Positions 8,796 through 17,126 of a stretch of 28,319 nt of DNA are shown one piece after another. A program made the position numbers and the translations under genes. The stretch comes from Candidatus Hydrothermarchaeota archaeon (lineage in GTDB: Archaea; CAYFZR01). The notes below the pieces were generated by a model. It saw only the letters and a list, made by a program, of their open reading frames with translations. It had not been told where the DNA came from and searched no databases. Positions within the stretch are counted from its first letter, which is position 1. Each line of letters starts with the position of its first letter. The DNA lies in NCBI GenBank assembly GCA_046760505.1, contig JBHIEG010000023.1, positions 1 to 28,319 on the forward strand. The letters are read 5' to 3'.

Positions 8796-9473
8796 TCATA
8801 GAGGTTCTTTAATGCCTTGGTTTCTCACCAATATGAAGTGTATCACGCATAAACCCATTAGGATAGCGGGAAGTACTAGGATGTGTAGGGTATAAAATCT
8901 TGCTAGGGTTCCGCCACCAATTTCAGCTCCTCCAAGAAGTAATTTCTGAAACACAGGTCCAATTACCGGTACAGAGGCTACCAACTGGAGCCCTATGGTG
9001 CTAGCCCAGTAAGAAACCTGATCCCAAGGAAGCATGTATCCTGAGAAACCCAGACCGAGGGTACAGAACAGAAGCAGCAATCCTATCATCCAATTCAGTT
9101 CCCTTGGCTTTTGATACGCTCCTACCAGATAAACTCTAAACATATGGAGATAAACCGCAGCGATCATTAGGTGAGCAGCCCAGTGATGAAGACTTCGCAT
9201 GAAGCTTCCGAGATAAACCTCCGTTGAGATGAACTTTACGCTCTCATATGCCATTTCTGCAGAGGGCACGTAATAGAACGCAAGGAAAATTCCTGTGAAT
9301 GCATCTACTAAAAAAGCAAAGAATGCTATCCCTCCCAAGCAGTAGGCAGGATTCATTGCCTGCCTCGGTACAGGTCTATCGAGTATGCTTTTTAGTAGTT
9401 CAAATACATCTATAGCGCCTGTTCTTTCGTCGATCCACTGAAGTATCCTTTCCTCCGGTTTAATCAAAGGCAT
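8796..9473 (-). CDS. petB: Cytochrome b6 (PetB-like split cytochrome b)
   Basis: YCLGG, RSLHHW..YLHMFRVY, PRELNW, GYMLPWDQVSYWA, RFYTLH-x14-HF..QGI..PL. ATG 9473 follows a GGTGG RBS. Confidence 0.95.
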   Translation of the reverse strand: MPLIKPEERILQWIDERTGAIDVFELLKSILDRPVPRQAMNPAYCLGGIAFFAFLVDAFTGIFLAFYYVPSAEMAYESVKFISTEVYLGSFMRSLHHWAAHLMIAAVYLHMFRVYLVGAYQKPRELNWMIGLLLLFCTLGLGFSGYMLPWDQVSYWASTIGLQLVASVPVIGPVFQKLLLGGAEIGGGTLARFYTLHILVLPAILMGLCVIHFILVRNQGIKEPL

Positions 9474-9474
9474 T

Positions 9475-9735
9475 TTAACCCACCGAAATTTCTTCAATAG
9501 GCATAAATTTTCTTCTCAGCAGTGCAAAGATCATAGCTAGGAAAAGACTGCATAGTCCAATTAAGAAGCCAATAACATCAATCTTTTCTCCAAAGATGGC
9601 TTTGAGGACATTTCCTCCAAGTTTTTCAGGTCCGAATATAATCATGCCAAGAATAAGGAGAGACGTCAGAATTATCAATCCAGATAGTATGGTTAATGTA
9701 ATCACGAATGAAAGAGAGAGAACGGATCTTTCCAT
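9475..9735 (-). CDS. Small 2-TM membrane protein in the cytochrome b operon
   Basis: Two hydrophobic stretches, AGGTGA RBS, tightly packed between cytochrome c and petB. Confidence 0.75.
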   Translation of the reverse strand: MERSVLSLSFVITLTILSGLIILTSLLILGMIIFGPEKLGGNVLKAIFGEKIDVIGFLIGLCSLFLAMIFALLRRKFMPIEEISVG

Positions 9736-9744
9736 TCAATCACC

Positions 9745-10059
9745 TTACAGTTTCAGTGCGAATATTATAGAGAGCAACACGAAAAGCGTTGCAAAGGCAA
9801 TTATACCCATGTCCCATTGGTGTAGTTTGACGCCAACATTTGGTTCTTCAGGCTTTTCCTCGATTGTTTTTTCTGGTGGATGATAGCCAGCAAATGTATG
9901 ATGCTGTGCATAATACATGCCAAGATCATTCAAGGCGGGTGGGGCCACATCGTGGCAGAAAGTGCAGTCTCTGCCTGTTTCTTCCGCATATTTAGGCTTT
10001 GCTTGAGAGATGCCTAAAGATGAGATTATAAAAATGATGATAAGTAACATCCTCTTCAT
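9745..10059 (-). CDS. Membrane-anchored monoheme cytochrome c with cytochrome f/Cyc2-like N-terminus
   Basis: Signal peptide ending SQA, KPKYAEETGRDCTFCH..PALNDLG, C-terminal TM helix. Confidence 0.85.
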   Translation of the reverse strand: MKRMLLIIIFIISSLGISQAKPKYAEETGRDCTFCHDVAPPALNDLGMYYAQHHTFAGYHPPEKTIEEKPEEPNVGVKLHQWDMGIIAFATLFVLLSIIFALKL

Positions 10060-10094
10060 GATTCCACCTGTGATAAACCTTCAAAAGAGACTAC

Positions 10095-10110
10095 ATATAT
10101 ATACGTTTCG
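10095..10110 (-). promoter_or_regulatory. BRE + TATA promoter of the cytochrome operon
   Basis: Minus strand CGAAACGTATATATAT about 35 nt upstream of ATG 10059, with an AGGTGG RBS between. Confidence 0.65.
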
Positions 10111-10294
10111 ACTTTGGGTTCTGTTAATTAATTTGTGATGATGAAAAATAAATCAGAAAGTAGAAAATTCGATTGTATCCTCCCAAAAGAGAGAACCATA
10201 AATTTTCGCCTTATTATCTAAAATGAGTCAAAGATAGATAGAAGTATACACTTAGAAAAATATGGAATAAATTTAAATAATAAAGGAGAAGGAA

Positions 10295-11176
10295 TCATTC
10301 ACTAACAATAACTTTTAGGAGATCCCAAAGACCAATTAATCCTTTAAAATTATCATTTTCATCCAATACGAATAGACAATCAGTTTTCTGTTTAAATAAA
10401 ACAGTCATAGCATCTGGCAGTAATGTTTCCTGATATACAATAGGCACCACAGGCTTTAGTATTTTCTCTATCGTCTCATATTTCTCGCCAAATTTTTCAA
10501 ATGCCTCTTCAATTCTAACGATGCCTTTAATTTTTTTGTCCTCTATTACGGGTAATACATGCGCTTTGGTTTTAATGAAGGAATTGATGGCGTATTCTAT
10601 CGAATCAGTTGTGGTTAATGTTACTGCTTCCTTCTCCATTAGTTCTTCCACCTTTACAGTGGGTATGCTAGATATCCACTCGATGTCTATGAGGAGGGAG
10701 TTTTCCGTATCGTCTCTACCAATTACTGTGCCATGGATTCTCATTTTGTTGGCAGGAGTAGGTCCGATAGTTATTCTTTCGCCTATGTGGATGGTTTTTA
10801 TGTCCCCGATGAGATAAACTTCAGCCTTGCATTCTTCAGGATGGGGAACTCCGGTTAGATCTATCTCAGTTACGGTTATGTTTGGGAATGGTATGCCTTC
10901 AACAGATATAGGAACTGGCACCTCTTTTTCAATTAGACAAATATTTAAAGCATCATATGCTTTGCTGGTGGGTCTGTATCCACCTTTAGGTCCGGGAACG
11001 CCTTCTACCAAGCCTAATGCCCTCAGGGACTGCATCTGATTCCTGATTGTACCTGGATTTTTGTCCGTCAAACTGGCTATATCTTTCCCCTTTACCGATG
11101 CACTCTTCTTCCTCCGGTAAAGGTCTATTAATGCTAGCAAAATCTCTCTTTGAACAGAGGTCAGCTCAACTGACAT
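10295..11176 (-). CDS. HrcA-type winged-helix + CBS-pair transcriptional regulator (COG2524-like)
   Basis: QREILLALIDLY..KNPGTIRNQMQSLRALGLVEGVPGPKGGY, C-terminal CBS pair. Confidence 0.88.
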   Translation of the reverse strand: MSVELTSVQREILLALIDLYRRKKSASVKGKDIASLTDKNPGTIRNQMQSLRALGLVEGVPGPKGGYRPTSKAYDALNICLIEKEVPVPISVEGIPFPNITVTEIDLTGVPHPEECKAEVYLIGDIKTIHIGERITIGPTPANKMRIHGTVIGRDDTENSLLIDIEWISSIPTVKVEELMEKEAVTLTTTDSIEYAINSFIKTKAHVLPVIEDKKIKGIVRIEEAFEKFGEKYETIEKILKPVVPIVYQETLLPDAMTVLFKQKTDCLFVLDENDNFKGLIGLWDLLKVIVSE

Positions 11177-11279
11177 ATTTTTTGCCCTCCGTTGAAAAAT
11201 AGTTTCTAAAATAAATGATTATTTATTATAGATATGTTTTATGGTTGGGTATTTAACCGAGAATTGATAATCATTATAC

Positions 11280-12218
11280 ATGTTCCAATCTTTGCCAAAC
11301 GTGATGACAGCTGATGAAATGATAGACAAAGCATTTAAAAAGGCTTCGAAAGTTACGGTTCCAAGGAAAAGGAAGAGAAAATTGGCTAAAAAAGAGAAGG
11401 AAATGCAAAAGATAAAAAAGGCTAGTCAGATATTGAAGGATAATCTTTCATACATCATAGATTCCTATCCAAATATCGATGAGGTGCCAATTTTTTACTT
11501 AGAACTTCTTGATGCATTGGTCGACAAGAACAAACTGAAGAAATCCCTTGGTGCACTAAACTGGGCAAAAAAGACAATAGAGTCTATTGAAAGACAGTCT
11601 ATTAGAGAAATTAGAGATAAGGATCCTTCAACGGTGAAGAGAAGTGCTTTTGGCAGGTATTCTTCTGTAATGAGACGGATTTCAGAAGAAATAGATTTTC
11701 TCATCGAAAGCACGAGAAAACTAAGGAAAATTCCCCAGATAGATCTCACCATTCCAACCGTGGTGGTGGCAGGACCTCCGAATGTGGGAAAATCCACCCT
11801 GATTCGCTCAATTAGCACAGCAAGACCTGAGATAAAGACTTATCCTTTCACAACGAAGGGCATAATGGTAGGTCTCATTAAAAAAGATGGCGAGAGGATT
11901 CAGATAATAGATACGCCGGGCCTGTTAGACAGGTCCATGGAGAAGCGCAACAAAATTGAAATTCAGGCAATAATAGCCCTGAAACACTTGGCAGACTTAA
12001 TTGTATTCATGATAGATCCTACAGAGACTTGTGGATATACTTTAGAGGAGCAATTAAATCTTTTGGAAGAAATAACTAGTAAATTCGACCTTAAAATTCT
12101 AAAAATTGCAAACAAATGCGATATCTTTGATGAAAAAATCAATGGTTTCCTTCCGATTAGCGCAAGAGATGGCACAAATATAGAATATTTGGTTAAAAAA
12201 ATTCTGCAGAGCATTTAA
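11280..12218 (+). CDS. NOG1-family GTP-binding protein
   Basis: GPPNVGKST, YPFTT, DTPGLLDR, NKCD, SA and a NOG1-type helical N-terminus. Confidence 0.93.
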   Translation: MFQSLPNVMTADEMIDKAFKKASKVTVPRKRKRKLAKKEKEMQKIKKASQILKDNLSYIIDSYPNIDEVPIFYLELLDALVDKNKLKKSLGALNWAKKTIESIERQSIREIRDKDPSTVKRSAFGRYSSVMRRISEEIDFLIESTRKLRKIPQIDLTIPTVVVAGPPNVGKSTLIRSISTARPEIKTYPFTTKGIMVGLIKKDGERIQIIDTPGLLDRSMEKRNKIEIQAIIALKHLADLIVFMIDPTETCGYTLEEQLNLLEEITSKFDLKILKIANKCDIFDEKINGFLPISARDGTNIEYLVKKILQSI

Positions 12219-12219
12219 G

Positions 12220-12519
12220 TTATTTTTTATATCTATATCTTTCTTTCACCTTTTCCAGAAGATCTAAAAGTTCTCTGTGAGCGGTCTTGTATTCAGAATC
12301 AGATATCTGACCTTTTAAGTAAAGAGTATGTATTTCTTCAGCATCTCTCTCAATCTCCTCCAGAAGACTGGGTAAATCTTCCCTAAACATTTTTTCCTCT
12401 TCCCCTGTTATTTTCTTCATTTCAACTTCCAGATCTCTTATTTTGAGTATGAGATATGTCTGAAAAACGATTATCAGCGTCAACAATAAAAAAACATATA
12501 GATAATAGATATCATTCAA
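12220..12519 (-). CDS. Single-TM protein with SHOCT-like C-terminus
   Basis: N-terminal TM, LYLKGQISDSEY..RELL; overlaps the rtcA stop by 8 nt. Confidence 0.7.
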   Translation of the reverse strand: MNDIYYLYVFLLLTLIIVFQTYLILKIRDLEVEMKKITGEEEKMFREDLPSLLEEIERDAEEIHTLYLKGQISDSEYKTAHRELLDLLEKVKERYRYKK

Positions 12520-13558
12520 GACCTACACCGTCCACCTCTATGGTAGAGAATCTATCCAACCCGCCCCCAACCTCGAATTTACAGTTCAAAAACTTCTCTG
12601 TAATATAGATATTCGTCAAGGCATGTTTTGAAAACATAGAAGTACTTATCTTCGATCTTCCCTCTGCCAAAGCCATGTATGGAATTATTTGATCTGCTAG
12701 ATGAGGGTCTGTTCCAGGATTTGATTTTACCATATCAAAAATTTTCTTCGAGGCTTCAATGCCTATTTTTTCTGCAGGTACGCCTTTTTTTCCCAAACAA
12801 CTTGCTCCTAAGAAAACTTTTTTTGAGTCAACCCATAATACAATCCCGCTGCCTGGCGAGACACCGGGATCTCTTGAACTAGAAAATTCTCTTTCTATTT
12901 CGCATGAAATTCCATGATCTCTCAGAAATTTCTCTGCAGAATTAGCCTGTCTATCGGAGACGTGCCTGGGCAATTTTGTACAGTATGATATGCCCTTGAT
13001 TTTATTGAATTCATTTCCTAAGGCTTCAATTTTTTTTAACCCGCTGCATGGCTCTATATAGGCATTTACAATCCCTCCTCCCTTTGGATAGTGACCTCTT
13101 CTTACCAGTTCTACTTTGCAGCGGATTCCCATCAATGAGAGAGCGCTAAGCGTTACGTTTTTGAAATAATCTATGGGTGGAGACCACTGAACGTCCGTTC
13201 CTCCTATGAGTTTAATGCTTGATTCTTCTTCTGCAAATGAAAGAACAGGCAACAGTGCTTGTAAAATTAAGGTAACGCTTCCCGCAGTCCCAACATCTAT
13301 TACCATATCTCCTCCTTTTATCTTTCCAGGTTCAAAAGTTATTTCTTGCGATCCTATTTTTAAGCCAGTCACTTTTGCATCACATATACTAGCAACAGAC
13401 TTTATTGCATGCAGGTGCTGGGCTGCTAAACCCGGATTCGGACGTTTAGAGCGAATATTATAAATCTTGAAGGGTTTTTTTGTTACCGCCCCAAGTGCAA
13501 GCGATGTCCTCAGGATCTGACCTCCGCCTTCTCCAAAGGATCCATCGATTTCAATCAT
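12512..13558 (-). CDS. rtcA: RNA 3'-terminal phosphate cyclase
   Basis: MIEIDGSFGEGGGQILR, RPNPGL..QH, GGTDV, RGHYPKGGG, catalytic DPHLADQ. Start moved to 13558. Confidence 0.96.
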   Translation of the reverse strand: MIEIDGSFGEGGGQILRTSLALGAVTKKPFKIYNIRSKRPNPGLAAQHLHAIKSVASICDAKVTGLKIGSQEITFEPGKIKGGDMVIDVGTAGSVTLILQALLPVLSFAEEESSIKLIGGTDVQWSPPIDYFKNVTLSALSLMGIRCKVELVRRGHYPKGGGIVNAYIEPCSGLKKIEALGNEFNKIKGISYCTKLPRHVSDRQANSAEKFLRDHGISCEIEREFSSSRDPGVSPGSGIVLWVDSKKVFLGASCLGKKGVPAEKIGIEASKKIFDMVKSNPGTDPHLADQIIPYMALAEGRSKISTSMFSKHALTNIYITEKFLNCKFEVGGGLDRFSTIEVDGVGLE

Positions 13559-13609
13559 GTTATCATTTTTGGGGGCAAGGGTATTTATTGGTTTAGATAG
13601 AGTTTCTTC

Positions 13610-13858
13610 ATGTTCATCCCAAATCTTATCGAGTACATGAGAAAGAATAGCGATTACCGAATAGAATTCCACTGTCCAACCATAGTAGTTAAGAAAAATG
13701 GAAGATTTTGCGCTTATATTGAAAAATTATGGAATGAAATCATTATTTACTGGATAAATCCAGAAAAAAAAGAGTATTTTGAATTAGAAAGGCTGATATC
13801 TGATTTTTTAGGGAAAAATCATGGATTCAAAGTAGTTCAAAAGGAGATGATTAGATGA
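13610..13858 (+). CDS. Hypothetical protein
   Basis: 82-aa ORF divergent from rtcA with an ATGA overlap to the next gene. Confidence 0.6.
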   Translation: MFIPNLIEYMRKNSDYRIEFHCPTIVVKKNGRFCAYIEKLWNEIIIYWINPEKKEYFELERLISDFLGKNHGFKVVQKEMIR

Positions 13859-14253
13859 AAGAGAAAAGGCTCATCCTATCAATTTTATTTCTTTATCTCA
13901 TTGTGATTGCTCTTCTATTGATAGACGTTTACGCTTTTTTCAAACTAAAGAAAATTTCTGTAAGGATAGAAAAACCAATAGAAATAGATCTGGAGATTCC
14001 TATCAAGAAAAAAGTAGATTTGAAGATCAACGAAACTTTTATCTTAAATGCTACCGTACCTGTAAAAACAACGGTGGAAGTCCCGCTCAACACTCCATTC
14101 GGAAGTTATAAAATTAGTATACCTGTGGAAGCGAATATACCTGTAAACGTTCCAATAAAGATAAACACGAAAGTTTCACTCCCGATAGACGAGAAGTTTC
14201 ATCTAAAAAGTACTATCGTATTCAACGAGAGTATTCCAGTATCTATAACATAA
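13855..14253 (+). CDS. Membrane-anchored beta-rich hypothetical protein
   Basis: N-terminal TM, then alternating I/V/P pattern; AGGAGA RBS. Confidence 0.75.
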   Translation: MKEKRLILSILFLYLIVIALLLIDVYAFFKLKKISVRIEKPIEIDLEIPIKKKVDLKINETFILNATVPVKTTVEVPLNTPFGSYKISIPVEANIPVNVPIKINTKVSLPIDEKFHLKSTIVFNESIPVSIT

Positions 14254-14271
14254 TTGTGCTATAAAATACTT

Positions 14272-15123
14272 CTAGAGAGAGTACTTCTTTCCAATCTCGA
14301 TTATCTCCCTTATTTTTTCCTTGGGAGTATCTTCTATCAATCCTTCGCAGCTCAAAATAATTTTTTTGTTTGACTCAGCCAAAGACTCTATTTTTCTTTC
14401 TATTTCTTCAGTTTTTTCTTTGTAGATTTCTTTTGAATTTATGCCACCCATAAGAATTTTTTCCGTATCAATTTTCTCTATATCTGCCTCCAAACTTAAT
14501 ATCTCGGCTATACTTTCCTCTAAGGAAACTTTTAAGTCTCCACAAATGTGCAGTATTCTTTCACCTTTTAACTTATTTAAAACCATGTTTTGATACGGAA
14601 ATGCAAGTTCAAAGAAATTTTCTGGTGAGATAAGGTCTTGAGATGCGCATGGATCTCCTACGAAATAAAATGAAGTTTCAATAAATTCAGATAGTTCAAT
14701 AACTGTCTTTGCCGCTTCTTCTAGAATACTTTTAGCCTGATCGATGTCTTCCTTAATTTTTAGTAAAAAATCTGTTCCAAACTTCTCGTAGCAGAGAGTA
14801 AATGGAGCGGTAATTATCCCTACAACTGGCACGTCCAGAGCGTTACACAGTATTTCATTGCATTTTATCAACTCCTGAATTCTATCATGATATACGAATC
14901 CTTCCTCGAAGCAATTTCTGAATAAATCCGGATCGAAATAGGATAGACTAAGATCGGGTTTATAAAAATCGTAGGCCTTTTTTAATGCATGAGCAGCCTT
15001 TTCTCCATCCGAAAGAATTTCTTCATACGTATAAGGGGTAAAAACTTGAGCATGGCGGAGTCCAATTAGGGGGGCAACCTTTAAAATCAAGGGATCACCT
15101 AGTACTGATATCTGTGGGGACAC
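14272..15123 (-). CDS. Short, divergent URO-D/MtaA-family protein
   Basis: APFTL, GDPCASQDLISPENF.ELAFPY, ILHICG, LMGGI, LSC. Confidence 0.8.
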   Translation of the reverse strand: MSPQISVLGDPLILKVAPLIGLRHAQVFTPYTYEEILSDGEKAAHALKKAYDFYKPDLSLSYFDPDLFRNCFEEGFVYHDRIQELIKCNEILCNALDVPVVGIITAPFTLCYEKFGTDFLLKIKEDIDQAKSILEEAAKTVIELSEFIETSFYFVGDPCASQDLISPENFFELAFPYQNMVLNKLKGERILHICGDLKVSLEESIAEILSLEADIEKIDTEKILMGGINSKEIYKEKTEEIERKIESLAESNKKIILSCEGLIEDTPKEKIREIIEIGKKYSL

Positions 15124-15962
15124 TCTTCCCCTAGAACTTCTTCGTACTTGTTCAATTCCTCCTTTGTTAAGGGTGGATTGATTCTTTCGAAAGCCTTTAA
15201 GAAATGCTCCATTTTTATCTTTTCAAATTTCTCTTTGCCTTCTTTTATGGCAATCAATGCGGCTTCTCTGCAAAGAGCCACGATGTCTGCACCCACGTAA
15301 TATTCGGTCATTTTAGCAAGTTTTCCCAAATCAACTTCGATATCAACAGGCATTTTTCTTGTTTGCATTCTCAGGATTTCCAGTCTATCGTTAAAATCTG
15401 GCGCGGGCACATATATTTTCCTCTCAAGTCTTCCATTTCTCAATATTACAGGGTCCAGTATGTCTGGTCTATATGTGGCTCCTATTGTGACCACTTCTCT
15501 CTCATTGCTCACACTATCAAGCGCCTGATTTATAATTCTGGTCGCCTCCGGAGTGGCAAAACGCATTGGTGCATCTCTCGTAATTCCAGAGGTCCATAGA
15601 GACATTTCTTCTCTTCTTGGGGCTAAAGAATCGATTTCATTAATAAAAACAACGCAGGGCTTTAGTCTCACTGCTTCTTCAAACATCTCTTTTATTACGT
15701 GAGGTTCGCTTATTACCTCTATCCCCTTTACAGTTATATAACTTGCATTCGCCTCATAGGCAGATGCTTCAGCAAGCATGCTCTTTCCGCCCCCAGGAGG
15801 GCCCCAAAGCAATATACCCGCTGGTGGTTTTAGGTTTGCTTTTTCAAAGGAATTGTGATACTTCAAAGGCAGGGAAACCATTTCCTCAAGCCTTTCTTTA
15901 ACCTTTTGAAGCCCTCCAATTTCTTCCCACCCAAACCTCGGTTCCAAAACCTCGTAGTACAT
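15099..15962 (-). CDS. Single-domain CDC48-like AAA ATPase with atypical Walker B and sensor 1
   Basis: WEEIGGL, GILLWGPPGGGKS, VVFINEID, ATYRPDILDP..LRNGRLE, lid GADI.ALCREA. Confidence 0.9.
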   Translation of the reverse strand: MYYEVLEPRFGWEEIGGLQKVKERLEEMVSLPLKYHNSFEKANLKPPAGILLWGPPGGGKSMLAEASAYEANASYITVKGIEVISEPHVIKEMFEEAVRLKPCVVFINEIDSLAPRREEMSLWTSGITRDAPMRFATPEATRIINQALDSVSNEREVVTIGATYRPDILDPVILRNGRLERKIYVPAPDFNDRLEILRMQTRKMPVDIEVDLGKLAKMTEYYVGADIVALCREAALIAIKEGKEKFEKIKMEHFLKAFERINPPLTKEELNKYEEVLGEECPHRYQY

Positions 15963-16024
15963 AATGTAGATGTATCTTTGAGGAGAGGATATATATTTTA
16001 TTGACCAAAACCAGTTTTATCTGT

Positions 16025-17083
16025 ATGAATTCAAGAGAAAGATTTGAAGCATCTATACGTTTAGAAGAGCCAGATCTTATTCCAGTGGCTCCAATGGTTA
16101 ACGTTCCACACGCCTCAAAGGTTTTGGGAGTTAAGCCATGGGAGTACGTGACAGATAACCATCTCTACGTGAAAGGTCAAATTGCTTCCCTGAAAAAATA
16201 TGGTTACGACTGGATATTCAATCATCAGCCCATACAGGGAGTCACAGAAGAGGAAAAAAAAAGTATGAGAATTGAAGAGGGTTTTGTTGTTCTAACTCAT
16301 GAAATGGGCTCAAAGATAAAAATACCTTTGGAAGGAGGTCCTTCTATAATAGAACCTGTTTTGAAGGATTATAGCGATTTAGACTCCCTTGAAATACCTG
16401 ATATGGACAAAAAGGAGAGAATGGAGCCATTGATCAACTTAATAGATCTGACGAAAAACGAGGTATACATATGCAGTAAGGTTCAGGCCCCGTTCCATTA
16501 TTCGGCAGAATGGATGAGGGGTATGGAAAAATTTCTGCTTGACCTATTTGTAAATCCAAGGGATGCGAAAAGACTGCTCGCATTCATGACAGAATATGCG
16601 ATAGAGGTTGGAAAAAAACAGATTGATGTGGGGACCCATGGGATAATGATGGAAGACCCTTCTGCAGCCAGCCAAGTGATATCCCCCAAACACTACGAAG
16701 AATTCGCCTTTCCCTATGAAAAAAAGGTATGCAAGGAGTTGAGAAAATACGGAGGAGAGATTATCATCCATATATGTGGAAATACTACTCCAATACTTGA
16801 TAGCCTTGTGAAAACAAAAGCAAATTGCCTGAGCTTAGACGAAACAGTAGATCTTGGATATGCAAAGGAGAAAGTTGGGGAAAAGGTAGCAATATTTGGT
16901 AATGTGTCGGTTGATACGGTTTTTAATGGACCAACAGAAAAAATTCAGGAGGAAGTGAAGGAAAATATTGAGAAAGTGGGCAGGAGAGGATATATTGTAT
17001 CTACGAGTTGTGGACTGCATGCTAACACTCCTTTCGAGCATGTTCATGCCTTGGTTAATGCAGCAAGGAAATGGGGTAAATAA
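16025..17083 (+). CDS. MtaA/CmuA-family methylcobamide methyltransferase (URO-D fold)
   Basis: MNSRERF, QAPF, MRG, EDPSA..VISP, Zn ligands HICG and STSCG. Confidence 0.88.
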   Translation: MNSRERFEASIRLEEPDLIPVAPMVNVPHASKVLGVKPWEYVTDNHLYVKGQIASLKKYGYDWIFNHQPIQGVTEEEKKSMRIEEGFVVLTHEMGSKIKIPLEGGPSIIEPVLKDYSDLDSLEIPDMDKKERMEPLINLIDLTKNEVYICSKVQAPFHYSAEWMRGMEKFLLDLFVNPRDAKRLLAFMTEYAIEVGKKQIDVGTHGIMMEDPSAASQVISPKHYEEFAFPYEKKVCKELRKYGGEIIIHICGNTTPILDSLVKTKANCLSLDETVDLGYAKEKVGEKVAIFGNVSVDTVFNGPTEKIQEEVKENIEKVGRRGYIVSTSCGLHANTPFEHVHALVNAARKWGK

Positions 17084-17100
17084 TTAGGAAGACATATCTT

Positions 17101-17124
17101 AAAAAAGAAGGAGGTTGCTCCTTC
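17101..17124 (-). terminator. Hairpin + T-tract terminator
   Basis: Perfect 7-bp stem GAAGGAG/CTCCTTC followed on the minus strand by T6, just after the stop at 17127. Confidence 0.65.
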
Positions 17125-17126
17125 AC

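Noticed and set aside
10111-10294. Rieske gene remnant or small RNA upstream of the cytochrome operon
   Set aside because: No Cys/His motif, meaningful ORF or convincing structure visible.
13559-13672. 38-aa N-terminal extension of rtcA in the ORF track
   Set aside because: Overlaps the divergent gene; the family consensus starts at MIEIDGS (13558).
14272-15123. Pyrrolysine read-through at TAG stops near the methyltransferase genes
   Set aside because: The TAGs fall at natural domain ends, and no MtmB/MtbB/MttB or pyl genes are present.
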